NCBI GenBank assembly: GCA_030141605.1
Contig: JAQGDQ010000553.1
Location: 80,221-144,220 of the forward strand
Direction: 5' to 3'
From: Tubiluchus corallicola
Taxonomy: Eukaryota; Animalia; Priapulida
DNA length: 64,000 nt
In this document: in pieces, positions 12,562 to 24,200 of the stretch
Numbering within the stretch: the stretch's first letter is position 1
How the letters are laid out: each line of letters opens with the position of its first letter
Translations under genes and position numbers: made by a program
The notes under the pieces: generated by a model
What the model was told of the DNA's origin: nothing
The model's input: only the letters and a program-made list of their open reading frames with translations
Databases searched by the model: none

Positions 12562-12717
12562 CAGTCAAACCTCTCTATACCTCCAACTTTGGTACTGTAA
12601 AAACTTTGTTGTTATTGCGAGTTTGGCATTATAACGAGGTGCATTAATACATATGTCTGTGCAAATATAATAGCTAGGTTAGCATTATAAAGGGGGCATT
12701 CTAACAAGTTTTCACTG
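12562..12717. mobile_element. Tc1/pogo-type MITE in the SETD1 3' region
   Basis: TA|CAGTCAAACCTC...GTTTTCACTG|TA, i.e. CAGT termini with a TA duplication. Confidence 0.6.
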
Positions 12718-14907
12718 TAGCAGGAAATGTTATTTCAATATTGAGCTGGATGAGCATTGTTAGTTATCACGAGGAATCTTTGAACTAATATTTATAGCAG
12801 TTTACATAGAGTTATTCACATTTGCATTCCAAAAAAGAAATTAGCTAAGTTTTCTGAGTTTTTTTTCATTTAAATATCATAGTAAATAAAAATTACTTGT
12901 AACTGCAATTAGGTGCTTCTCATACCTAACAAATTATTCTAAACTCCATTTTTTACAGGTTGAGTTATTTGAGTATTTGAAAGAAGAACCATGAGTCAGC
13001 AGTCATCTTTACGAGAGGTGGTTTGACTAGTTTGGATACATTTCGTTTCCTGTATTGCATGGTCATTTGTTTTTATACCAATAGAAAAGTAATGGTGACT
13101 GACATGTTACCATATGCATGTCATCAATTTATATTGTACAGAATCTTATTTTACAGACGTTATTGATTGTAATCTTAAGTGAAGATTCATCGAGTAGAGC
13201 CAGGACTACATGTAGTATGACTGGGGTACATCTGCTAGCTTGTTATGTATATATTTAACGCATTAATGAAATGTTATATTTGCAGCTTTGACTGCAAGTA
13301 AACTGACCTCATGCTAGCTAATGCATGGTTTTTTCTACTTTTGTAACGAGCAAAATGATGACGCATCGTTTATAGTGGAAGTGGCAGTCTGGTCCTGTTC
13401 ACTATAACTTCAACAAACGCGAATGCTATAAATATGAGAACTCTAATAATGCTCAATTTCTCCATTAATAGACATTGATCTACTTACTGGTTTAATGCTT
13501 ATAAATATTAAATAACCATTCGTTCAGACATTAGTGCATTAAAGTCAGATAGTTACTATAACCTGTGTGAAGTAAAATTGCTGTAAAGCTCCTCTTGTGA
13601 TTACTAAGGGAAATTTGAAATTCAAGGATACATTCTGTTTTCATTTTACATGTTCTCGCACGTTTCCCCCTTGCTCTGTGTTTACATTAAGAAAAATGGA
13701 CACATTTATTGGCATATTCCCATTTAAGTGGTTGCTAGTACAATGGGGAAATTAAAGACTACTTAAAATGTGACAATCTGTCCTCTGTTTAGATTATTCT
13801 GCTGATATCTATATCAATTTAATGCAGTTTGATGATTTTTCTGGCATGTGTGCATGCTATATTACTATGTACAGGTAGTGGATTAAATCCACAAAGAAAC
13901 AAGCCTTGAAACTTTGAAACGATAGAACGGTATCTTCAGTAAAGAATTGTATCTTATTATTGTAACAGTTAAGTACAAAATAGCTGAGGTTACATTTTGT
14001 AGTAAGATTTGTTATTTACCAATGTAAACAAGCAAGCATGGAAGTTATTATTCGTTTTATAAACATGCGATGAATTTGGCTGTAAATAAATTAATAGCTC
14101 CTGTGTGGTCAGTAAAAAAAGTTAAATAAATTGAGTTGTGCTGCTATATGTCATTTATTTTGCTGATTAATGAATTTCTATATGGTCTTGTTATCCAGCC
14201 GTCAGACGTATCTTGCTATTAAGAGGTTCTTGAGAATGCCGTGACTTGTGTAACTATTGATTTATAATCAGAAATATGAAAATAATGAATTCGGAAACCA
14301 CCAGATATTACACCCCGTAATTACCTTTTACCACGACAAAGTTTTAAACATAGAGTAAACATAGAGTTTATATTAATTATAGCAACAAATTGATAGATTA
14401 TAAAAGACGACAACTAAACAAACTTCCTGTTTATTATCAACGCCTTTCTGGTATTTAAATTACAGAATTTTAATTTTTTCATCTCTTATTTTGTGCTGGA
14501 AGTTCATATTCCAAAATGTTGCATCAACATGTAAGCTGTCATAGGACGTTATTGAAAATGAAATTTTGGCATTTTAGTACGTTTTGTTACGAGGGTTACC
14601 TTCAAATGTCAGAAACCAAAAACGTCAACTAGGCAGGTAGACAAAACATAAATTTGCACATATGCTACATTGTAAATACAATAGCTCTAACATAATATTA
14701 TTATGCTTTATTGCTACAATTTGATATATTATTAAGTAGGAATTGTTTGTACAGTATGTTGAGAACTTGAATGCATTCATATTTAGATAATACATACAGG
14801 TTTAAAATGACTATAATTTTCATGTCTGTTTATTTTTTTTAATTTTTATTAATGAATCTTCTGTATCTTAACCATGACTTTCAAGTGGCATCATTGATAT
14901 ATCTTTC

Positions 14908-15188
14908 ATTATTAAAACACGACTTCTATTAAAACTTTAATTTACAACTGTTTAAAAACATGTCTCCAAACGTTTCGACTGCCAAATGCAGGCATCATTA
15001 GTGAAAGACTTCTACAAACAAACAACCAGTTTTATAGGAAGAGCCTACAGTAACTGCCTACAAAACTGGTTGTTTGTTTTTATACATCAGTCACTGATGA
15101 TGACTGCAGTTGGCAGTCAAAACGTTTGGAGACGTTTTTAAACAGTTGTAAATTAAAGTTTTAATAACAGTTGTGTTGTTTCAATAAT
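14908..15188. mobile_element. Foldback element with two inverted hammerhead-like cores (copy 2)
   Basis: ~135-bp inverted arms; each arm carries CU(G/A)AUGA-U-stem-(G/A)AAACGUU followed by an AATAA-type signal pointing outward. Confidence 0.8.
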
Positions 15189-17861
15189 AAATGCTTAGAA
15201 TGGCCTGTATAAATTGTTTAATAATTTTCATCTTCTTTTTCCTAATCCACACAAAAAGGTCTAATTGACAAAGACAATGCTGGCAATTGCGTGTCGTAAT
15301 TGAACATAATTAGTTTAATTATTACTAATATACAGGTAGACAGATAAAATTCAATCTAAATCATTTAGATACAACACAGAATTAATCATTATATACAAAA
15401 CATACTAAAATGTACATTATATTTTGTAAACATCAAATTTAACCAACGACAATAGTCTTGCAGGTATTATTGTACACAACATCAAAGAAGGTAGGTAAAT
15501 TCTTGTAACGTTCTCTAAACTTTACTGACAACCATTAATTTTTTGTTATTTACGATGATTCAAGTTTAACAACCATAAACGCATACTGTAACGATAACAA
15601 CAAAAAGCATTCACCTATTTACATACATGTAATTCTATACCTGCAACACATACAAAGAAAATACAAGCTCAGCAAAATTTGAACGCAGATAAATTGACTA
15701 AGCAATACAAATAAAGCAGCACAAATAATTTTAATTAACCAACTGCAATTACTTTTAGCATACGCAAATGGGCAGGTGCAAAATACCCTTTTTGTAACTA
15801 CCAAAGATGCTGATATTATTATATATTATCAAACAAGTTTTGGCAGGGTATAACCAAAGTCAAACCAACTGGCGAAATGTAAGTATCTGTCGTAACTTTT
15901 TCCATTAATTGCGAAAAAAACAATTTGAGTTTTAAACTTAGGTATTTTGGTTAAAAAATCAAGCAAAAAAACAGCCTGAGTAAAGATTAAGCTCCCTTTG
16001 CCAAACTGTCTCAATACTCTAAACAGTAAACTCTACAATGTCATTTTGCTAATTGTTTTATTACAAAGTTAAGCAATAACGAGTGACCTTAACGATTTGA
16101 TGTTTTGATTACGATGTTCGTAATTTTGTTGTAATACCTCTGCGGCATAACAGCTATACAGTTACAATAGTATCTAAATAGTAATACGTACAAGACTGGT
16201 GCTATCTTGTAATTCATAACGAAAATCACGATGTCCTTTTATGTACAAGATACTATGCTATAAAGTTGTTATTAAAACTTACAAGATATTATACAGAACA
16301 GACATTCTAACTTTACCATGGGTAGATAAATATTTACAAAACTACATAAACAAAATTTCTAAGTTCATGGCAAAATTACAACCATTAATTCACGTAGTGC
16401 AGATATGATCCTCACAGCACATTTAAAACATTACTAAAAATGCAAGTCAAAGACATTAAACAAAGCATCTTCCAGCAAGAAGACAATAACTAAATATATT
16501 AACTGCAACTGTAATGCCGCAAATAAATTGCGATTAACATTACTGACATAATATAGGTACAGATTAACATTTATATACCGGTCATAAAACAAATATGTTG
16601 TAAGACTTATACAACACAGTCTCATAACTACATTTTTACCTCACCTAAAGGCAACACAACAGCTAAAAATGAGCAAATTTATAAACACATTCTAACATTT
16701 CCACAAATTAGCTGACATATCAACATAAAACACCTGTTATAAATTATAACATCGAATGCACTTACTATAATGCCCGATTCGACAAGATTATTTTTATTCT
16801 TCCAAATGAGAATCAATGCTAGGACGAAAAATGTGCAAAACGACATAATTAAACTACTGTAACTAAAAACGAAAACGTCTTATTGACTAAACAACATAAA
16901 TGCCGCTCTTTGCCACACTCACAAAAGCACTTAAATGTTAACACTCTAGCAAAGCTCTTTGTGCAGTTTCTAACTTCAATATCCCTGCACAGAATGACAA
17001 AGTATTGATAACATTAAGAAATACATAAAATCATTTGACGAACAAAACTAACTGTAAGATCTACTCCCACATATTGATTACTAACATATATATATATATA
17101 TGTAGTGGAAATTAAACATACACAACTCACTTAATGCAAAGATATATAAGATTTGCAAAAAAAGGCTAATTAAGAAGTACTTGATTTCAGCTGCATAAAC
17201 CCAGTTGAAAAACTACAAAATGACGGTTCAACAAGAGTGTGCAAAACACAAACTAAATTTAAACTGCAGCACGTGCAAGTATAGATTTAAAACAACTCTT
17301 TTGCTTTTTGATTTTTTTAAACAAAACAAAATTTCAATGGCTGCAAATCACTTAACAAATAAGCAATTATTATCATTTGACATTGAGCTAACATGCCTGG
17401 CAGTATCTACATTTATTTACATTGTGACTACGTTTAATGTGATTGTGCAAGGTCACTGGGCTCATATTATTACAAAATTTTCATGTTAAGAGACACCAGG
17501 GTTTATGCTACATTATGATTTCTCATTATAAATTTCTTCTGTTTAAATGCAACTGTCAAGAGATTATACATAAATCATCTTTATTTCATACATAAATAAA
17601 CTAGGAATACCTTTGTGAATTAATAATATCTAAAAAACTTCAGTAATGATTGGAGTATTTCACAGTTAACCACAACCAATTTAACATATTAAGCAAATAA
17701 ATGAAATAGTTATGTAATTTATATTGATAAAAAGAATATAAAGAAATACACTTTTTAGAATCATCTAAAACAACTTGAAAAATTGATAAATAACATCATG
17801 ATACAGTACATAACAGGGACCTACCTAACCAGAAGTAAAACTTTGACACAAGAGGGAGCAT

Positions 17862-20800
17862 TTAACTTTGTGTAACTTGTCGCTTCTTCAGTGGTATCTT
17901 AGGTTTCACTGGTACATCCGGTTTAACAGAAAGTTTTGGCTTTGCAGCGACTTTTGGTTTGTAACCACCTTCAACGGGCACACTGACGGGGTTGGAAGAT
18001 TTTGTTGGCGACCTCACCGCCTTCCCCAAGTCCAAATCTTGACCTGGTTTGACACCGATGTTTGATTTTACCGGTTTGCTCCGGCCTGGCGGCCCTTTAT
18101 TTACCATGCTAACTGGTTTAACCGCAGGTTCGTTTACCAACTGAAGCCGTGGTTTGGCCGTTTTTTTTAAGCCAGCGCCGCTCTCTGTAGTAAGGATGGG
18201 TGCTTTGTTTGCTCTGCCAGCAGGTTTCACAGCATTCTCAGTACTTACAACTTTCGCCTTACCACGGACAATGTTAGAACTTTGGGTTGGAATGATAGTT
18301 TCAGATTTAGAGACCCTAGCTGGTTTCGGTGGCACTTTCTTCCTGCCGTCGCTGCTCGACTTTACTGGAGATGTTGCTTCGGGTGAATGCAATGGTGATA
18401 CAACTTTGCCACTTCTAGAAACATTTCTCGAATTCTTTGTACCAACACCAGGTTTGGAACTAGATACATCTCCTACGGCAACAGCTTCAAGTTGATTTTT
18501 TGTAGTAGTGGTTCTTTCCTCTGCTCTAAGGCCACCCACATTCTTCTGAACTCTTTTGTCTTTGCTACTCGAATCTTCCTTATGAATTGGGACATTTACA
18601 TCGTTTTCCATTTTAAAATGCCCCTTACCAGTTAGCGGTATACAATCACTGGTGAAATCAACACTGCCATCATTAAGACGTCTCTCACTTACCAACTTGT
18701 CAACTGAATCTAGTGCTTCCTCGTGAATTACAAGCTTTTCAGCCAGTTTGTCAAGTTCTTTAAAAACATCCACTTCAGGTTCAGCTTGAATGCCATTCTC
18801 TGCATCCACTTGTGCTTTAACAACCCGATGCGCTTCGCCAGATGTTTCACCCATTGATGTTGATGCCATGTTCAAAGAATATGCAGACACGTAGTTGACG
18901 CACTCGGGCGGTACAACTACATCGACGTTATTGCAGGTAGAATCTGTCTGGCTCACATCATCGAATACAGGTTTGCGAGCAACAGGTGCTACAACTTCGT
19001 CGAGATCGACAAAATCGTCATCAGCAAATGGAACATCACTGTCCACTGGAGAAACTTTAACAGGAGCAGTAGCACTTTTCATCACCTTATAATCTAAACT
19101 AGACACATGCGACGGCAGATTTTCCACACTGGCTAAATTGTCCTCTTTACCAACAGATGACTGCTCTTTCTTACTTGACTCTGGGCTTTTTGTACCTGGA
19201 CTGTATGAGATACTAGTTTTCTTCACACTTATGTCTTCATTACGTCCCTTGACATCAGTCAACGGTTCTGTTTTTACCAATGATATGTCGACTACAAACG
19301 AATCTTCGGTAGAAGAAGCACGCTTTTTAGACTCTTTAGATGTAGACTTTGCTATCATTATTGGATCAGAAGTTATACACGTGACTTCGGTTTGTTCAAC
19401 TTTTGCAGATGGTACACTGTCAACTGGGGAATTACTATGCACACTGTCAGGCATGTTCTTTTCAGGATTAACACAAACAGAATCATTATTCTGATCAGAG
19501 TCATCTATTTTTTCCAAAGAAGCAGCAGGAACAAACCGTATTGAACTCGGTGACGAAGAAGAACTAAATGACGAACTTACCGACGACAACGATGAGCTAT
19601 GTTGAGAATTCAATGACCTCACTGGCGATGCTTCTCTATTAGAAGAAAACTTAGTTGTCCAAACTTTAACACCAGTGTTTGTAGGTTGTGTCAATCCCTG
19701 ACCAGGATTAGATGAATTTATAGAAGCAGGCGAATGAAACGTATCCGGCGATGGATATGACTTGACAGATCTATGAGCGATCTCTGCCCGAGATTCTGTA
19801 TTTTTAGTTGAGGTAGATTGTGGGGTTAGGTCGCTGTGTATTTCAGTATGATTAGCACTGGGCACATCATAGACGTCGTGCTGAGACATATCAGGTGGTC
19901 GTGCTGGCAACAATCCCTCACGCGATATGCGAACATTGGAATGTCTAAGTCTGTACGAGTCGCAAGACCTCACCGGAGACGATTCTTGAAAAGGAGAACT
20001 TGAAGCCCTTCTGAGTGGCACCTCTGTGTTCAAAGGATAATTAGAAGCATTTACTGGTGACAAGACTCGATTTGGAGGCGAAACCGAGGAAATTACAGGT
20101 GAAACGCCTCGACAAATGGGAGAACCAGCAGAATTGGCAGGAGAAGCACCACGATTCAATGGAGATTCTCTAGCCGCATATGGAACCGGGTGAGTTGTTC
20201 TTACAATAGTCATGCCTACGCTTTTAGGATACTCTTCATCTGTGCTGCTACTCCCTTCCCTGTTTCTACGAAAGTCGGGTGAACGTTTTGGCGACACTTC
20301 CCGGAAGGGAGAATTTGAAGCTCTCACGATGGAAATGCCAGAATTTTTAGGACGACTGGCAGATCTATCAGGTGAATGATTCTTCCATGACAATGAGGTT
20401 GGATCAAACATCTTGTCGGAGCTTGAACTAGCTGACGATAGTGGTCGTGCACCTGCAACAATATGTGAATGTGATCCTCTATTACTCTGTGCCTTTCCAG
20501 GTGATTTAGTAGATGATGCAGCAGACACAAAACCAGTTGTTACATTTTCTACGGGTGAAAGAGAGCCAGCTGGAGAAATAGCACGAATAGATGCGACCTT
20601 CGTAGGTTTTACTGGTGATATGACTGTATTGAGTGGGGAATGAGAGCCCATGGAACCTATTGAACTTGTCGACTGATGCAGCAATAAATCTGACGAACTT
20701 CCAGTGACACAATGAACAGGAAGATTGGGTGATATCACAGGTGATGTTGTTTGTGCTGTCGGGGAAGTTGTGAGCCGCCTAGGAAATGTTGCCGGACGAA

Positions 20801-21200
20801 ACTCCGAATCTGGACTCGCCGGATTCGAGCCTGAATCGTCTACACTCATCTTCGCTGATTTTACTGGAGACTCGCCCGAATTTGCCGATGATGTGCTGGG
20901 TGATATTGCGGTCGTCGAGCGAGTCGGTGTAGTCCCAAACTTGGTGAGCTTCACCGGAGATGTTTTGCCTTTCAGCGAAGAGAACATCGAAGGTTTCTGA
21001 GGCTTTTTATTTGGGGATTTGTTCAATTTTAGGGGAGATATTGGTGGCTTGCCACGTGGAGCAGACGTAACCGCATTTGGCGCTGAATCAACAGCAGTGG
21101 TGTAGCTTCCCTTTTCACGTTCTTGCATTAACCGACGCTTGGCTACCTGTAACTGATGCTCTTTTTCCATGTCTCGTTCAGTTATCTTCAGCCTTAAGCT
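17862..21200 (-). CDS. TBC1D10: TBC1D10 terminal exon: end of conserved region ([10 protein letters not shown]) plus ~1100-aa low-complexity tail
   Basis: Acceptor ttcacag, phase 0; 3339-nt open frame to TAA; [18 protein letters not shown] matches the post-TBC helix of TBC1D10. Confidence 0.88.
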   Translation of the reverse strand, partial: SLRLKITERDMEKEHQLQVAKRRLMQEREKGSYTTAVDSAPNAVTSAPRGKPPISPLKLNKSPNKKPQKPSMFSSLKGKTSPVKLTKFGTTPTRSTTAISPSTSSANSGESPVKSAKMSVDDSGSNPASPDSEFRPATFPRRLTTSPTAQTTSPVISPNLPVHCVTGSSSDLLLHQSTSSIGSMGSHSPLNTVISPVKPTKVASIRAISPAGSLSPVENVTTGFVSAASSTKSPGKAQSNRGSHSHIVAGARPLSSASSSSDKMFDPTSLSWKNHSPDRSASRPKNSGISIVRASNSPFREVSPKRSPDFRRNREGSSSTDEEYPKSVGMTIVRTTHPVPYAARESPLNRGASPANSAGSPICRGVSPVISSVSPPNRVLSPVNASNYPLNTEVPLRRASSSPFQESSPVRSCDSYRLRHSNVRISREGLLPARPPDMSQHDVYDVPSANHTEIHSDLTPQSTSTKNTESRAEIAHRSVKSYPSPDTFHSPASINSSNPGQGLTQPTNTGVKVWTTKFSSNREASPVRSLNSQHSSSLSSVSSSFSSSSSPSSIRFVPAASLEKIDDSDQNNDSVCVNPEKNMPDSVHSNSPVDSVPSAKVEQTEVTCITSDPIMIAKSTSKESKKRASSTEDSFVVDISLVKTEPLTDVKGRNEDISVKKTSISYSPGTKSPESSKKEQSSVGKEDNLASVENLPSHVSSLDYKVMKSATAPVKVSPVDSDVPFADDDFVDLDEVVAPVARKPVFDDVSQTDSTCNNVDVVVPPECVNYVSAYSLNMASTSMGETSGEAHRVVKAQVDAENGIQAEPEVDVFKELDKLAEKLVIHEEALDSVDKLVSERRLNDGSVDFTSDCIPLTGKGHFKMENDVNVPIHKEDSSSKDKRVQKNVGGLRAEERTTTTKNQLEAVAVGDVSSSKPGVGTKNSRNVSRSGKVVSPLHSPEATSPVKSSSDGRKKVPPKPARVSKSETIIPTQSSNIVRGKAKVVSTENAVKPAGRANKAPILTTESGAGLKKTAKPRLQLVNEPAVKPVSMVNKGPPGRSKPVKSNIGVKPGQDLDLGKAVRSPTKSSNPVSVPVEGGYKPKVAAKPKLSVKPDVPVKPKIPLKKRQVTQS

Positions 21201-24200
21201 CTGTGAAAATAACGATAACAAAAGTTACGAAATGCATCAATGAGAACAACATGAAGATTTTGACATTTCCGAGACATCAACATGTATGTTTCAAAATGCG
21301 CATGTTTTCACTAATGTGTTGAAGTATACAACATATCGTGCAAGCTATCCTAAGGTTTAATAACTCAACAAAGACAACAGTTGTTAATAACAACATGGTA
21401 CCTGATTGCTTTTATTTAGGTGTAATGTGGCATTATCACCGGAGCAATTACCGAACTGGTAACTTAATTGCACACCTTCAGATGGGACATAACAAAAATT
21501 TATCAGTATGTCTATGTTTATATGTGTATACAGTCTGTAGGTCTTATTTATTAGAGAACCAATGGAAGATATCTTCAAAAATACAATGCTTCTGGAGCAA
21601 TGATCTAAAAGAAACTGCTCAGCAGGGCCTTCAGTTAATAATGATTTATAACTTATATTGTCATGCAAACAGTGCGACACGAAACTTACCGGGTAATTAA
21701 AAAAATTTATGAGCACTAAAGAAATGAAAAACATCATCCATCGTGCTACAAATTAAAAAGTAAATTGACTTATCAAGCCAAAAAACTAATATCATTTAGA
21801 AAATGACACAACCATAGATATTATACAGTAGGCTTTGCTTAATAAATGCATTCTGGGATGGAAGTGTTTTGACCCGAATAAATCGACAGGATCTATTAGC
21901 CAACGGGTGTAGTATATTACTACTATATGAGTCATCACTCATCAATTTTAAAAAACAAATTAATGTCAGAATTCCTATGTGCAATTATTTAAGGATACTA
22001 AATTATATAAGTGAATTGAAAAAACGGATACACAAATGTGATTATTACCATTACAAATTACAAACATTCGCACAAAGTCGGGTGCTTCATCTCTTCAAGA
22101 AGAGGTTGGTTCATGAAAATGTTGAAAATCTGTTGCTACATGCTGCACATATTCACTAGTGCTTGAGCTGCAGTTGGTGATGACCGTGTTTCCGCTGTGA
22201 AAAGCAGTGGGAGCTTCAAAAGCAAATCGCTGGGCAAGTGATCAAATGTTTAGCTTCCAGAAACAACAAGGTTAACTGCAGCAGACAATCTCCGGATGAG
22301 CGAGCATTTCAAAGCGAAACTGCTAAGCCAGCAAATTAGCGCATATTGATAAACGTACCTGCTTACAAACAACTTACTTAACACGACTGTTACTAGGTGT
22401 ATTGTAGTGCACAAAAGCTACGTAAAGAGACATAAAAGCAACAGAAGCTCTTTGGTCGAACACAAGTGTCTTATTTTAAGTACGTGAAGGGAAAATATTG
22501 AGTCAGTTATGCATGGTTATTTGAGTCAACCGCCTAGGTTTTTATACATATTTGAATAGGACATTTTTGAGCCAATTCAGCGATTAATTCTATTAACTGT
22601 AAGTCTAATAAATCGTGCCTACTGTATAAATAAATGATCAAGTTCAGCTTGTAGTTTTACAGTATCATTACCAATTTGCTGTAATTATGCATCTCAATTA
22701 TTTACAAAAAATTTTACCTCGTACACCAGAAAGTCCTCCTGCATTATGTCCAATTCTAAGTTGCGCAACCGCTGTAGCGTTTCATCTATATCCAGACACT
22801 GCCTCAGCTGATCGGGTCGTCCAAGTGTAGATTTTAGCAGCACAAGTCCAACTCGAAACATTACTTTAACACCTGGAAAATATACCAGGCACAAACATGC
22901 GAAACTTGCTGTTATTTAATAAGTTTTTCTGAATGGCAGTCAGAATTAACAAACTCAAAGGGCAAGCAAATTTAACATATTAAAAGAGTGTACAAGTTTG
23001 TGAAGTTGCCACGTAGATTTCGCAATGATTTTAATAATAATAACATAAGTTTTTGTATATTAGGCTGTGTTCATCTAGCGGTAAATTTGATATTTGGAGT
23101 AAATGTAATTCTTTTTATTTTGCTAAAATTAACATGTTTTTCCATCATTGTTATGTTCCATTTTTATCTTACCCCTCACTATAAATTCGTACAAAGGTCA
23201 TATTCACCCAAAATTAAATATCTAGAAAACAACTCAAATAATTTAATCTACAGCCAAGGAAAAAGAGTGAAATTGCACCATATTGAAATACCCGTCGGCT
23301 CTCATCAATCTATCAGCCGACACATGGCAAATTCCTATCCTACTATTAGACTACCGGGCAGTCGCGCTAAAGAGTAACCACAGAATGGAAAACACAGCTT
23401 TGGCAAAAATAGCAATTACACAATGCATAAGGGGTCCTAGGTTGGGTGACCAAGTGGTTTAGATTTCGGACTGCAACCATGCAGTCTTGAGTTCAAGTCT
23501 AGCGGCTGACAGAGTCAGGGCATAGACCTTACATGTTATTCATTGTTTGTGTATTACGTCCTTATCTGTATTGTTGTAAGTGTAAGTCACTAAATAACTG
23601 ATAGTGGATAATGTTGTCTATTAAAGAAATTATATCATATATACAAACAAACAGTATAACTGTGCAATAACACTGACCATTATGTTTCGCAATATTTTTG
23701 TCTTTCGGTTCGCATACATTACGCCACATAAATGAAAGATTGTGCAACCGTCAATATCGCATACAGGCACTCAATACTACTGCGCGAAATTCAGTACCAT
23801 ACAATCAGTTATACTGTGTGTGTATGCTGCTTAGGTTCCAGCTACAAAACTTTTACAATGTGCAATTTGTCCACCATATATAGTGCACTAGTAATGACTG
23901 TCTCCACTATACAAATATGAAAAATCACTTTCTTAATGTAGTACCATTTTTCCCCAGCAGATGTCACACTAGTAGGCACTAAAAATATGTTGGTAAGCAA
24001 GAGTCAGCACACAACAAGAACAGAAACTAATGTTTAATGAAAGTAACAATTCATTAAGCGCACCTTCGCAAAAGAACATGTCCCAAACACGTAACACTGA
24101 TGCCCATGGAAGTGTTCGACTAAATATGCACATGAACCATTCAGTCATGACCAGTATCGGCTCAATTCTCAAATTTTTCTACAAACAAATGTTTGTACAA

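Noticed and set aside
18154-21000. Several plus-strand ORFs of 65-118 aa
   Set aside because: Antisense shadows of the long TBC1D10 exon.
23441-23515. Possible tRNA gene (also 1752-1820, 33440-33520, 35380-35456)
   Set aside because: A/B boxes are present but acceptor and D stems do not pair; treated as SINE heads.
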